Part shown: positions 12,045 through 24,369 of the stretch, one piece after another
Layout of the letters: each line of letters opens with the position of its first letter
How positions within the stretch are numbered: position 1 is the stretch's first letter
Assembly (NCBI GenBank): GCA_951406725.2
Contig: OX597816.1
Coordinates: 7,936,001-8,000,000, forward strand
Source: Octopus vulgaris
Lineage: Eukaryota
Direction of reading: 5' to 3'
Length of the DNA stretch: 64,000 nt
Made by a program: the position numbers and the translations under genes
Notes under the pieces: generated by a model
The model's database searches: none
What the model was told of the DNA's origin: nothing
What the model saw: only the letters and a program-made list of their open reading frames with translations

Positions 12045-12206
12045 ATACCTTAGGAATGAGAACCCAGGTCTGAAATTTCCCCAAGACACCTGATGAAGGC
12101 TAGAGGGTACATCAGCCGAAATGTGTTAACAACAAACAAGATGAGGAGAAATATCCGTCAAATGTAAATAATGTACATAATTCCTCATCTCTTAAATATA
12201 GAACTG
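11699..12206 (+). mobile_element. Composite tRNA-head + hammerhead Penelope-type non-autonomous element (family 1)
   Basis: Inverted short arm 11699-11748, tRNA-like head 11766-11840 (A box TGGCGTAGTGG, B box GAGTTCAATTCC), (AAT)n/(CAA)n linker, full arm 12043-12206 with hammerhead core at 12085-12127. 13-bp TSD agtc(g/a)ttcaacac at 11686-11698 and 12207-12219. Confidence 0.8.
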
Positions 12207-12286
12207 AGTCATTCAACACTTATGTCTAGTTTTTAATTTCAATTTTTGTCAGTTTGAATAAATGTACCATTTTACTTTCTATCCAG

Positions 12287-12351
12287 TGAGCCAAGTCCCT
12301 GACATAGCCTCATGCAGTATATTCAACAGCTTCTTGTTAAATGCTCAACAG
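12287..12351 (+). CDS. SNX17: SNX17 coding exon: (V)SQVPDIASCSIFNSFLLNAQQ
   Basis: ccag acceptor, gtgagt donor, 65 nt, phase-compatible with the previous exon. FNSFL..AQQ marks the PX end. Confidence 0.93.
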
Positions 12352-12849
12352 GTGAGTATCTTCTTTGGTTTGCAAAACAAATATTCTTCAACTTCCATAA
12401 TAAGGCATTGAGGTAGCTTTTGTAAAGTCTATTTAATAACTGTTCATCATCATCATCACCATTATCATCATTTAACTTCCGCTTTCCATGTTGGTATGGG
12501 TTTGATGGTTTGACTGAGGGCTGGCAAGCCAGAAGGCTGCACCAGACTCCAATCTGATCTGGCAAAGTTTCTACAGCTGGATGCCCTTCCTAAATGCCAA
12601 CCACTCCGAAAGTGTAGTGGGTGCTTTTACGTGCCACCGGCATGAGGGCCACTCAAATAGTGCTTTTTATGTTATTTTCACAAAATCACAACTTTTCAAA
12701 ATGTTAATCCTGTCTTAACAGATGAAATATCTTTTTTGCCAGTGTCACATAATTGGCCCATTTAAAAATACTTTTCAGTCATTGGATAATATGCTGTGCT
12801 TGTGAAGACCTGTTGACCCAAGTGAAATTGTGGTTGTGGCCTGTGGCAG

Positions 12850-13278
12850 TCAAGCCAATGCCAGTGCCATCTGACTGGTAACTGTACTGGTGGCACATAA
12901 AATGCACCATTCAAGCATGGCTGATGCCAGTGCCACCTAACTGATACCCCTGCCAGTGGCATGTAAAAAGCATCATTCAAGTGTGGCTGATGCCAGTGCC
13001 GCCTGGCTGCCCCCTGTGCTGATGGCATGTAAAAAGCACCATTCGAGTGTGACTGATGCTAGTGCTGCCTGACTGGCTCCTGTGCCGGTGGCATGTAAAA
13101 ATCACCCACTACACTCTCGGAATGGTTGGCGTTAGGAAGGGCATCCAGCTGTAGAAACCCTGCCAAATCAGATTGGAACTTTGTGCAGCCTCCTGGCTTG
13201 CCAGTCCTCAGTCAAACCGTCCAACCCATGCCTGCATGGGAAAGCAGATGCTAAACGACAACGATTATGATGATGATA
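12850..13278 (+). mobile_element. RTE-LINE 3' UTR fragment with tandem units
   Basis: Same tandem units and tail as the 46370-47100 region. Confidence 0.75.
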
Positions 13279-13670
13279 GTGGTATTAACTCTATTCACCT
13301 TTTCGTTCTTTGAGAGTCAACATTAACACCTCACTTTTACCATTTCATCTCTCTTTCTACCTCCACCCTAACCACTACCACCCTCTCTTTGATAATGAGT
13401 GGCCATGTAGTTCCCATACAACAAGAAACCTGTCTTGTTCTGGCCCCTTCTCTCTCAATTTAACTCCTCTTTTCACTCTAGCCCCATTCAATCAAAGAAG
13501 ATTTTGGTCATGTGACCTACATGGCAACCTCACTGGTGTTACAAAAAAAGCTCTCGGTACATTCTGTTAAATGTTTGGCATTTGGAATTGTCATCCAGCC
13601 ATGGAGACCATGGCCAAAGCAGGCATTGGAGCATGATACAACATTCAGACTTGTCAGATCTTCTCAAACC

Positions 13671-13898
13671 TATTTCTTTACTACCCACAAGGGGCTAAAC
13701 ACAGAGAGGACAAACAAGTTCAGACAAATGGATTAAGTCGATTACATCGACCCCAGTGCGTAACTGGTACTTAATTTACCGACCCCGAAAGGATGAAAGG
13801 CAAAGTCGACCTCGGCGGAATTTGAACTCAGAACGTAATGGCAGACGAAATACCGCTAAGCATTTTGCCCGGTGTGCTAATGATTCTGCCAGCTCGCC
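13671..13898 (-). mobile_element. SINE family B copy inserted in an RTE tail
   Basis: Meta-like domain; TSD tctcaa(a/c)cc at 13662-13670 and 13899-13907. Confidence 0.8.
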
Positions 13899-14577
13899 TC
13901 TCAACCCATCCAATCCATACCAACATCAATGTTAAATGGGAATGATGATAATGATTTTAATCAGTTCTTCCTCTAATTTCCTTCAAGTGTCTCTTTATTT
14001 CTGGATGTGTACATAATTCCAAACATGATTCCAGCCTCCCTCCCTTCTTCCTTCGGAACCCCCTTCCTCATTATCATTCTTGCCCACACTATTTCTACCA
14101 ATTCCCTCCTTTCTGTGCCTTCAACCACAGCCCTACACTTCATTCATCAACACTTCCCTTATCTGCTATCATTCTCAACACCCTCTCATTTATCATCACC
14201 TCACCTCCACCCCAATGTACCTCTCTATATCTCCCCCTCCACAGCTCCTATACCTTGCCCATCATTCTGCTATTTTCTGATCTATTCTCCTTCCTGAACC
14301 ATTCCTATATTTTCTTATCTTACACCACTCCATCCTGGCATTTCTTATCATCTGCACCCCCACCCCTGTTCATCACTCACTCCATCCATCTCTACTCCAT
14401 CCATTATTCCTCCTTCCCCTCACACTCTTATCAAAATATTTACTCTTTCTTCCCCTCCCACGATCCACTGTCCACATCCTTTCTTATAATCATCTTCTTA
14501 TACCTTAAGAGTTTGCTCTGGCACTCCATCACCACCTTCCTTTTATCTCCTCTCCAGTGACTCCCACACACCCTTTA

Positions 14578-14998
14578 CTCATTTGACTGTGGCCATACTG
14601 GAGTACTGCCTTTAATTGAGCAAATTGACCCCAGGACTTATTCTTTGTAAGCTTAGTACTTATTCTATTGGGTTCTTTTGCTGAACTGGTAAGTTACGGT
14701 GATGTAAACACACCAACATTGGTTGTCAAGTAATGTTGGGTGGGGGACAAACACAGACACACAAAAATACACACACAAAAATACACACACACACATACAC
14801 ACACACACACACAGAGACACACACAGACACACACACATACACACACACATATACGATGGGCTTCTTTCAGTTTCCAAATCTACTCACAAGGCTTTGGTTG
14901 GCCCGAGGCTATAGTAGAAGACACTTGCCCAAGGTGCTACACAGTGGGACTGAACCTGGAACCATGTGGTTGGTAAGCAAGCTACTTACCACACAGCC
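14578..14998 (-). mobile_element. SINE family A copy with expanded (CA)n
   Basis: Reverse complement of family A. Confidence 0.8.
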
Positions 14999-15391
14999 CT
15001 TATATATAATGCAAGATAGCCATGTATCTCCTCTATAGCAAGATGCCTGTGCTTGTCCTCTATCATATTTTAGTCTTTCAACATCATCTGGCATAAAGCT
15101 CCATTACCTGAAAGATTCTGTTTTCTATTTGGATGTTGAAGTAAATTTGAACATCAACTGGTTCCTTAAATAAAAGAAATAGCATCTTAAAAAATATCTC
15201 ATTTAGAATGTCATTTCAATAAACATAACTTTGCACAGTTCGGTATTACAGTCTTTGAATTCTTCATCAGTTGATAGATTGGCATCATTGCCGTAATTGC
15301 TGTTATTGTCTTTGGATGTATTCCATATCTAAACTTATAAAAACCCTATTTGTCTTGGCATTTACTCCCATACCTCACAGGTATATGTTTT

Positions 15392-15700
15392 TAAGGTGGC
15401 GACGTGGCAGAATCGTTAGCACACCAGGCGAAATGCTTAGCGGTATTTCGTCTGCCACTACATTCTGAGTTCAAATTTCGCTAAGGTCGACTTTGCCTGG
15501 GTAGTAAAGAAATAGGTATTTCTTCTGCCGTTACGTTCTGAGTTCAAATTCCGCCGAGGTCGACTTTGCCTTTCATCCTTTTGGGGTCGATAAATTAAGT
15601 ACCAGTTACGCACTGGGGTCGATGTAATCGACTTAATCCGTTTGTCTGTCCTTGTTTGCCCTCTCTGTGTTTTGCCCCTTGTGGGTAGTAAAGAAATAGG
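15392..15700 (+). mobile_element. SINE family B, partial tandem dimer
   Basis: Head ggtggcga.gtggcagaatcgttagc, B box gagttcaaat, Meta-like domain, end aaagaaatagg. Confidence 0.8.
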
Positions 15701-15885
15701 TATATGTTTTACTGGGACAACTAGTTAAAATACTGTTTCATTTTATACAGACAACATCAGTAAAAACAATAAATGAATATTTAAAAAAAAATAACAAATA
15801 AGGTCTGAAAGTTTCCTTACGTATTCTATCCTGTTTTTAAATTTTAGTTACCATCTTTAATGCATTTCATTTTACCTTTAAACAG

Positions 15886-15996
15886 GAAAGTATGCAACAA
15901 ATAGAAGAATCTGTGAATTTAGAAGTATACCTGATGAACGACCACAAATTAACTGTAAATATTACATCAACAGACCAAACAGAAGACGTGTTAGAG
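15886..15996 (+). CDS. SNX17: SNX17 coding exon (FERM F1): ESMQQIEESVNLEVYLMNDHKLTVNITSTDQTEDVLE
   Basis: acag/gtaggt, 111 nt; DQTEDVLE is conserved in SNX17. Confidence 0.95.
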
Positions 15997-16016
15997 GTAG
16001 GTTTGCAGGGTCCTTT

Positions 16017-16530
16017 AAATTTCCCTTTTCTAAAAGAGCACCATACGAGCATGATCATTGACAGAGCGGCTAACTGACTTTCGTGCCAGTGGTACTTAAA
16101 GGGCACCATTCGAGCATGATCGTTACCAGCATCGCCTTACTGGCACTTATGCCCGTGCTAGTAGGGTGCCAAGAGCACTATCCGAGCGTTATCGTTGCCA
16201 GAGCAGCCAACTGGCTTCTGTGCCAGTGGTACGTAAAAGGGCACCATTCGAGCGTGATCGTTACCAAAGTCACCTTTCTGGCACCTGTGCTGGTGGCATG
16301 TGTAAAAGGATTCGTGAGAGGTCGTTGCCAGTACCGCCTGACTGGTCCCCGTGCCAGTGGCATGTAAAAAGCACCCACTACACTCTTGGAGTGGTTGGCG
16401 TTAGGAAGGGCATCCAGCTGTAGAAACTCTGCCAGATCAAGATTGGAGCCTGGTGCAGCCATCTGGTTCACCAGCCCTCAGTCAAAATCGTCCAACCCAT
16501 GCTAGCATGGAAAGCGATGATGATGATGAT
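16017..16530 (+). mobile_element. RTE-LINE 3' UTR fragment
   Basis: Tandem units, conserved tail and (GAT)n. Confidence 0.8.
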
Positions 16531-16878
16531 TGTTTTATAAGAAATAACTTTAAGTAATAACCAAGCTGCCATTTAAAAAGCACTGCTGATGGTGTCGTGT
16601 AAGAAGCACTAGTGTTGGTGCCATGTATAAAGCACCCAGTACACTCTGTAAAGTGGTTGGCATTAGGTAAGGCATCCAGCTGTAGAAACCAAGCCAAAAT
16701 CAGACAATATAACCTGAGGGACATATATAAAGTATTTGAAATAATTTTTTAAAATTTGGGTAATTTTGAAACAGTTTTTTTCCTTTTAAATTTTTCTTTA
16801 TTCTGTGAATTTATTTCCCTCTCTGTCATAGTTATTGTCTTCTGGTCCCAAAATATTTTGACCATTTTCTTTTTATAG

Positions 16879-16966
16879 GCTGTTGCAGCTCAGATTGAAA
16901 TTCCTGAAGAACACACTTACTATTTTGCCCTTTATCTCGTCAAGAGGGAAGATGATCACTGCTGTA
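16879..16966 (+). CDS. SNX17: SNX17 coding exon: AVAAQIEIPEEHTYYFALYLVKREDDHCC
   Basis: atag/gtaagt, 88 nt; resembles AVAAKLDLPDDLIGYFSLFLV. Confidence 0.93.
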
Positions 16967-17930
16967 GTAAGTTGAATTATATTTTCCCTGCCTTTTTTTT
17001 TGCTGTTGATTTTTTAATCTTTTACTTGTTTCAGTCATTAGACTTTCGTCATGCTGGAGCATGCCTTAAAGAATTTTTAGTCAAATGAAATGACCCTGGT
17101 ACATTTTTTTTAAAGCCTCATACTTATTTTATCAGTCTTTTGCTAAACTGCTAGGTTATGGGATGTAAACAGACCAACACTGGTTGTGAAGCAGTGGTGG
17201 TGAACACACACACACGATGATGAACTTTTAGTTTTTGTCTACCAAATCCATTCAAGAGGCTTTTGTCAACCCTAGGCTATAGTAGTAGACACTTGCCCAA
17301 GGTGCCACACAGTGGGACTGAACCCGGAACCATATGGTTGGGAAGCAAACTTCTTATCACACAGCCACACCCGTGCCTTTGTTGAAGTCTTGCCTTCATG
17401 GGGTGAAGCCTGTTAGATGTCTTATTGTTCAGATTATAATGTTGCTAATGGACAAAGTCGTTAAGAGTCTTGATGTAGTGAAACAATTTGTTTTAATTTA
17501 AGAAGACCTGTGACCATAGAGGCACTTAATTAACAAGATGGCTTTGACCCTAGTTCCATCATTTTGGTGTAATATATATTTCTGGCCTTGGCCCTCTCCA
17601 TATCATACTCTTAAACATGGATCATATTAATTAGGTAACATAGTCGTAATGTTGGTATGTTTCTTTTCAAATTGTCATCTACCTGTCTGTATATCTATAT
17701 GCTGATGACACATAAAAGGCACTTGTGCCAGTGACACGTAACGGGGAACCTGTTCTGGTAACATGTTAAAAAGACACCCAATACACTCTGTTAAGTGGTA
17801 GGCATATTAGGAAAGGCATCCAGCCCTAGAAACCATACCAAAGCAGACAACTGGAGTCTGGAGCTCTGGTGAAACCATCTGACCCATGCCAGCATGGAAA
17901 ATGGACATAAAACGATGAAGACAATCATCA

Positions 17931-18025
17931 GTGTGTGTGTTTGTGTGTGTGTGTGTGTCTGTCTGTCTTCTGTCTGTCTGTGTGTCTGTCTGTCTGTGTG
18001 TCTGTCTGTCTGTGTGTGTGTGTGT
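17931..18025. repeat. (TG)n/(TCTG)n microsatellite
   Basis: Directly visible. Confidence 0.9.
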
Positions 18026-18197
18026 CCCTTGTGTTTTTGTCATTCCTCTTTTTTTCTATTCCTTGTGTGTGTGGATGTATGTGTGTATACGTGCAAGTCC
18101 TTGTTGTGCATGTGTGTCCATCCTTGTGCATGCCCACATCCTTTGTATGTATCCCCTATGTTTTATCTCATTCTGCTTTTTTCTGTTTCTTTTCCAG

Positions 18198-18288
18198 TAA
18201 TTCGTAAACTTCAAGATTTCGAATCCCCCTACATCTCTTTAAAATCATTAAACAAAGATGGACCTCATTGTATTGTGCTCCGGAAAAG
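18198..18288 (+). CDS. SNX17: SNX17 coding exon: (I)IRKLQDFESPYISLKSLNKDGPHCIVLRK(S)
   Basis: ccag/gtaaaa, 91 nt; RKLQ.FE.PY.S motif. Confidence 0.95.
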
Positions 18289-18399
18289 GTAAAATTCCAG
18301 ATTTTTTTAATCATTTTGCAAAATAGTCTTTTATCTGAAAAACACCAACCCAGTTTTAAGAATAGGTCTCTTTCTAGATTCTCTTTTGAAGCTCTAAGA

Positions 18400-18830
18400 G
18401 TACCATATAAGCGTGTTCGTTGCCAGAGCAACAAGCTGGCCTGTGCAGGTGGCATGTAAAAAGTGCCATTCGAGCGTGATTGTTACCAGCCTTGCCTTAC
18501 TGGCACATGTGCTGGTGGCACGTGAAAAAACATTCGAACAAGGTCGTTGCCATTTCCGCTGGACTGGCTCCTGTGCAGGTGGCACATAAAAAGCACTATT
18601 TGAACATGGCCGCTGCCAGTGTCACCTGACTGGCCCTTGTGCCAGTGGCACATAAAAGCACCCACTACACTCTTGGAGTAGTTGGCATTTAGGAAGGGCA
18701 TCCAGCTGTAGAAACTCTGCCAGATCAGATTGGAATCTGGTGCAGCCATCTGGTTTGCCAGTGCTCAGTCAAATCGTCCAACCCATGCCAGCATGGAAAG
18801 CAGACATTAAACGACGACGATGATGATGAT
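18400..18830 (+). mobile_element. RTE-LINE 3' UTR fragment
   Basis: Tandem units and conserved tail. Confidence 0.8.
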
Positions 18831-19790
18831 AGTAATTAGCTCATCAAAGTGTACTTCCACAAGTGTAGGATTTTGATTTTTCTTTTGATGGTTTGATCTG
18901 GAAGAAGAGGCTGTTCCCATGGTCTTTATGGGACTTCCAAGACCATTCAGATTGATTCCTCTTGAACAGCGGCAAGGGAAAACATGGAATTCTAGAGGGT
19001 TGAGTGGGGCCCTGAGTAGAGGGATATAACGTGGGCGATAAGAGTGGATGTTGAGGCATGAGATCAGTTAGTGTTGAAGAGTGAAGGCCGTGGTAGGATT
19101 GCTAGAGGAGTATAGTCATATCTGTGGTCCAGAAATTGGACTATGTTGGTCAAAGACTTCAGCTAAATCAGATGGTTGACCTTTTTGTTAGTGACATTTT
19201 GGGGGAGGGGGGGCAGTCGATTACATCGACCCCAGTATGCAACTGGTACTTAATTTATTGACCCTGAAAGGATGAAAGGTAGTCAACCTTTGTGGAATTT
19301 GAACTCAGAACATAAAGGCAGACAAAATATTGCTAAGCATTTTGCCTGGTATACTAATGTTTCTGTCAGCTCGCCGCCTTTAAATAATAATACCAACCTT
19401 TGCTTCAATAGTTGTTCTAATACAATACTTGAATGCACTTTGCTAAAATTTGTTCTTGTTTGTTAATAAATAAAATATGAAGAAAGATTTTAGGTTCAGA
19501 AATAACTCGTGATTCAAATTCACTGCCTGGGGAAGTCAAATGGGTTTTTTTTTTACCTGTTTGAACATTTTTCATCTCTTCAACATCTCAGATTAAGAAA
19601 AAAAAAAGTCTCTTTAAACCTTCCTTTGTAATCTTTCACTAGATATCATTAAAATTGGCAGCTTTTTGCCTGTTTTTTAATTGCTTTCTTTAATTTAATA
19701 CTTTTGTAAGCATTTGATATATCTGTGAAGATTTTCTTCTAAACTTTTATTCTTTTTCAATTTTGATGATTTGCCCTCTTTTTTGTCCAG

Positions 19791-19860
19791 CTACTGGGAC
19801 ATGCAGTATGATAACGACCTCCTCAATAACCGAGTGACCCTGTCTTTGCTCTACACACAG
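19791..19860 (+). CDS. SNX17: SNX17 coding exon: YWDMQYDNDLLNNRVTLSLLYTQ
   Basis: ccag/gtgagt, 70 nt; resembles YWDSAYDDDVMENRVGLNLLYAQ. Confidence 0.95.
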
Positions 19861-19916
19861 GTGAGTTGGAAAACTGCTCCCCCTTTTTTTTTTTTTTTAT
19901 ACATTTTATACACACT

Positions 19917-20422
19917 CATATGAGTGTAATCGTTGACAGAGCGGATAACTGGCTTCCATGCCAGTGGCACATAAAAGGGCACCATTCGAGCGTGATTGTT
20001 ACCAATGTCGCTTTACTGGCACTTGTGCCCATGCTAGTAGGGTGCCAAGAGCACCATCCGAGTGTGATCGTTGCCAGAGCAGCCAACTGGCCCCCGTGCC
20101 GTGGCACGTAAAAGGGTACCATTCGAGTGTGATCGTTACCAATGTTGCCTTACTGGCACCTATGCCGGTGGCATGTGTAAAAAGATTCGAGTGAGGTTGT
20201 TGCCTGAACCGCCTGACTGGCCCCGTGCTGGTGGCATGTAAAAGCACCCACTACACTCTCGGAGTGGTTGGCGTTAGGAAGGGCATCCAGTTGTAGAAAC
20301 TCTGCCAGATCAAGATTGGAGCCTGGTGTGGCCATCTGGTTTGCCAGCCCTCAGTCAAAATCGTCCAACCCATGCTAGCATGGAAAGCATATGTTAAACA
20401 ATGATGATGATGATGATGATGA
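19917..20422 (+). mobile_element. RTE-LINE 3' UTR fragment
   Basis: Tandem units and conserved tail. Confidence 0.8.
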
Positions 20423-21351
20423 TTTTTAGGTTCCAAGAGTGGTTGTGTGATTAAGAAGTTTGCTTCTAAGCCACATGGTTTTGAGTTCAATCTCATTGTG
20501 TGGCATGTCAGGCAAGTCTATTTCTACTATAACCCCAAGCTGGCCAAAGCCTTTTGAGTAGATTTGGGAGACAGAAACTGAAAGAAGCCCATCTCTCTCT
20601 TTCTCTCTCTCCACGTGTGTGTGCATGTGTGTCTCCTTGCCTTGAGATCATGTGATAATGATGATTGTCATGCAAGCATTGTCAGTCGTTCCCAATATTC
20701 TATGAAAACATGTCTGGCCATGGGGAACTTATTACTTTACTTGGAAACAAGTGAAGGTTGGCAACAGGAAAGGCATCCAGCTGTAGAATGTCTCCCTCAA
20801 GAAACTCAATGTCTGACCCATACAAGCATGGGAAAATGGATATCAAAATGAGGAATGGTGATTTATGATCATTTGATGGTTTTATTTTATTTTTTGTCAT
20901 ATCTGATGTTAATCATTTAAGCTGAAACTAAATCCAACCAAGTAATTGAGTAAACTGTGTAACTTGTTAATTTAATTACTTTAATTAGTTAATTAAGAAA
21001 CAGATGTCATTGTTTAGTTTTTTTTTTTTTTTTTGGTACTTTACATTCAGACTTGTAGAGCTTTCATGTCTGAAATTGAAGCTTAACCCTTTAAACCGTC
21101 TGTATCTGGTCAAAAATTCCACCTGTTTTATGTTCAGACTAACCAGATCCAGCCTCTCGCACTAATCCTACAATGTCACTCTAAAAGTAATCAATGACAT
21201 CATCAAAATTTTGAAGCTCCAAGATGAGGCCTGATTAATTCAAAACAATGTGATTAAACAAGCATTATATTTGACAGAATAATATTTTTAGATAACATTT
21301 TTTGACAGGTAATATTTTTTTCAAAATATTTTTGTTGGGAAATATTTTCAG

Positions 21352-21444
21352 GCAGTAAACGATATTGAACAGCAATGGATTATAGCCACAAAAGACCAAT
21401 TTTTACAACTATCAGCATTACAGCAAAAAGGATCAAAAAAAGAT
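21352..21444 (+). CDS. SNX17: SNX17 coding exon: AVNDIEQQWIIATKDQFLQLSALQQKGSKKD
   Basis: tcag/gtaagt, 93 nt; resembles TVSDIERGWILVTKEQHRQLKSLQEKVSKKE. Confidence 0.94.
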
Positions 21445-21514
21445 GTAAGTTCCCATACACTTACTAAATTTAAAAAATTCAACCATATCATCATTGCGAT
21501 AAGTGAGTACATTT

Positions 21515-21915
21515 TATTATAATAATAATAATAATAATAATAATTGTGTACAGTGCTCAGGTGCACTACAACTCATCTAAAGTGCATATAATCAGGTGTA
21601 GTTTCGGCAACTCTGAGCGTGAAAAAATGTTTCCGACAGTCATGGGAGCTGTGTTGTTTTCTGACTTTGTAGGCATGTCCACGTGTGTTGGACACATGGA
21701 GATCAAAAAGGTGTTCAGTGTTGTTGTTGGTGAGGTTGTTGATAACTTTGTGGGTGTTTACCAAGTCCATCGCCAGATGCCGGAGCTTCAGTGAATCCAT
21801 GCCCAGGGAAACAAGGCGCTCAGAATATGGTAGGTGTCTGATGGAGGGTATGCGTTTGGTTGCACGTCTCTGGACAGATTCCAGGAGGTCAATGTTCTGA
21901 GCAAGATAGGGGTTC
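21515..21915 (-). mobile_element. CR1-clade LINE 3' fragment with (ATT)n tail
   Basis: LPYSERL..., TRGHAYKVRKQHSSHDCRKHFFTLRV; same family as 58030-59066. Another piece lies at about 22555-22900 on +. Confidence 0.85.
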
Positions 21916-23271
21916 CTATTTTATTTGTTCCATAGCTTCTGTTTGATTTCTGATGCCGTGGACAGTCAGAAATGCTGGTAACACTCCATCAAAGCATGAT
22001 CTTCTACGTCTTAGTGGTTACGGAATGTCTGGCAACTGACTTGGTAAACACCCACAAAATTATTAACCATTGTACCGGTGGCACGTAAAAAGCACCAACC
22101 GATCGTGGCTGTTGCAAGTCTCACCTGGCACGTTAAAAGCACCAACCAATCGTGGCTGTTGCAAGTCTCGCCTGGCACCTGTGCTGGTGGCACGTAAAAA
22201 GCACCCACTACACTCACGGAGTGGTTGGCGTTAGGAAGGGCATCCAGAAACACTGCCAGATCAGACTGGAGCCTGGTGCAGCCTCCTGGCTTCCCAGACC
22301 CTGGTTAAACCGTCCAACCCATGATAGCATGGAAAACGGACGTTAAATGATGATGATGATGATGATGATGTGCCAACAACCACCTTTTTGAATTCCAGGT
22401 GTGATATGTCCCACATTATGATGACATAATCATCGTCTGCATGATTGGCCCATACGGCGTACCTCGCCAACTGACACTGTTTGTTGTGTCTGTCCACTAT
22501 TTATCAGTAGTGGAACAGCTCACTTCTCACTTGGGAGTGTCCGCCACAACAAGGTGTCAAACACACACGGGCATGTCTACAAAGTCAGTAAACAGCTCAG
22601 CCCCCATGACTTTCAGAAACATTTTTTCAAACTCAGAGTTGCTGAAGCATGGAATAAACTACCTGCATCAGTTGTTAGTTGCCAAAACATTGCATCCTTT
22701 AAAACCTCCATGCCTCCTGAAATTCGCCAACACTACACCTGATATCCACCCACCTCCAAACGCATGCACACATGTATATCATGACTCATACACTGGCCAC
22801 TTTCCTGACTTTTGTACATAATTCTATGTACTGTACATGCACCTCTGGTGAGTTGTAGTGCACCTGAGCACTACACAATAATTTTATTTATTATTATTAT
22901 TACTATTTATTTAATAATTTCTCATTTATGGTACTGCTGCTGTACAATTACTACCACAGTTTGTGATGAGACAGAGAGGATGTTGTTGTTGGCTGATACC
23001 ATCTGGGTTAAATTTAATTGGAAATACAATTTATACAAGAGAACACCTTGGTGGCAAAAACTACCTTTGTGCAACTCACAGTCCATGAATTTCACCACTT
23101 CATATTGCACCCCTGCATTCTCATCTGTCCCGAAGATTTCCCCCAACTTTGCCGAATTTGATGAAGCCCACTCGTACCTAGTTTTTCACCACTAAAACAT
23201 TGTTCCTCAGTCAGTCTCCATCTTTTTTCAGCTCCTCTCTACAACACCCACCATCAGCCTTCTGTAGCATT

Positions 23272-23700
23272 CCACCAGGCCGTCGTGCCTGTTCACCAGG
23301 CCTTCGTGCCTGTCCACCAGGCCGTCGTGCCTATCTACCAGGCCGTCGTGCCTGTCTACCAGGCCGTCGTGGCCGTCGTGCCTGTCCACCAGGCTGTCGT
23401 GCCTGTCCACCCGGCCGTCATGCCTGTCCACCCGGCTGTCGTGCCTGTCCACCCGGCCGTCATGCCTGTCCACCCGGCCGTCATGCCTGTCTACCAGGCC
23501 ATCGTGCCTGTCCACCAGGCCGTCATGCCTGTCCACCTGGCCATCATGCCTGTCTATCAGACCATTGTGCCTGTCCACCAGGCCGTCATGCCTGTCCACC
23601 TGACCGTCATGCCTGTCCACCCGGCCGTCATGCCTGTCTACCAGGCCATTGTGCCTGTCCACCAGGCTGTCGTTCCTGTCCAATCCATCATGCCTGTCTT
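23272..23700. repeat. 21-bp GC-rich minisatellite (about 20 units)
   Basis: Unit ccacc(a/c)ggccgtc(g/a)tgcctgt. Open in several frames (VDRHDGL heptads on -). Confidence 0.9.
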
Positions 23701-23944
23701 CCAAGCTATCATATCTTCCCTAAACTTTTGCAGCTGATCCACAAAGCCATGTCTGTCATAAATATATTTTTACAGAGTTGTTTTGCCTTTTAGCTGGATG
23801 CATCTGATCTCTAACATTGTCATTTCGAACTTTTCTACAATTTTCTGTTTACTAATTTTCACTAAACTAAAAAAAAAAAATCATTCTTACTCTGTCGGTA
23901 TTTTCTATATTGCAAAGTGATCACTCTTTAATTCCTGTTTGCAG

Positions 23945-24085
23945 TATTTACAGTTTGTCCGCACCCTAAAATACTATGGTTACATGCACTTCCGGCCATG
24001 CATAACAGATTACCCTGAAAAGAAAACCAATGTTTTGATTGCTGTGGGAAATGAAGAGTTAAATTTCAGAATCCAGACAGGCAAG
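23945..24085 (+). CDS. SNX17: SNX17 coding exon (FERM F2/F3): YLQFVRTLKYYGYMHFRPCITDYPEKKTNVLIAVGNEELNFRIQTGK
   Basis: gcag/gtttgt, 141 nt; YGY..F..C..D.PEK motif. Confidence 0.95.
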
Positions 24086-24369
24086 GTTTGTTGAATTCAA
24101 TATTATCATCTTTCATATCTATCGCTGTGTGTTTCTTGTAATTTGTTAATTTTATTTATTAGAGTTGTTTAGAGTAGAGTTCATTTAATTTGAAGTATTT
24201 ACAAATTTGGTGATAGCATTACATTTGGTGAGCTGGACATCCCTCTTTGTTCAGCTCCAATGTTCATGACATAAACCTGTTGTCTTTGATTCGACTTTGG
24301 TTTTATGCATCGTTGAGTCCTGCTTTAGACAGGGTTTCCCCATCAAATTCATCATTATGGACGTCAGTC

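Noticed and set aside
14000-14570. ORFs in pyrimidine-rich tract (similar purine-rich tract at 38690-39180)
   Set aside because: Low-complexity sequence with no protein motifs or splice support.
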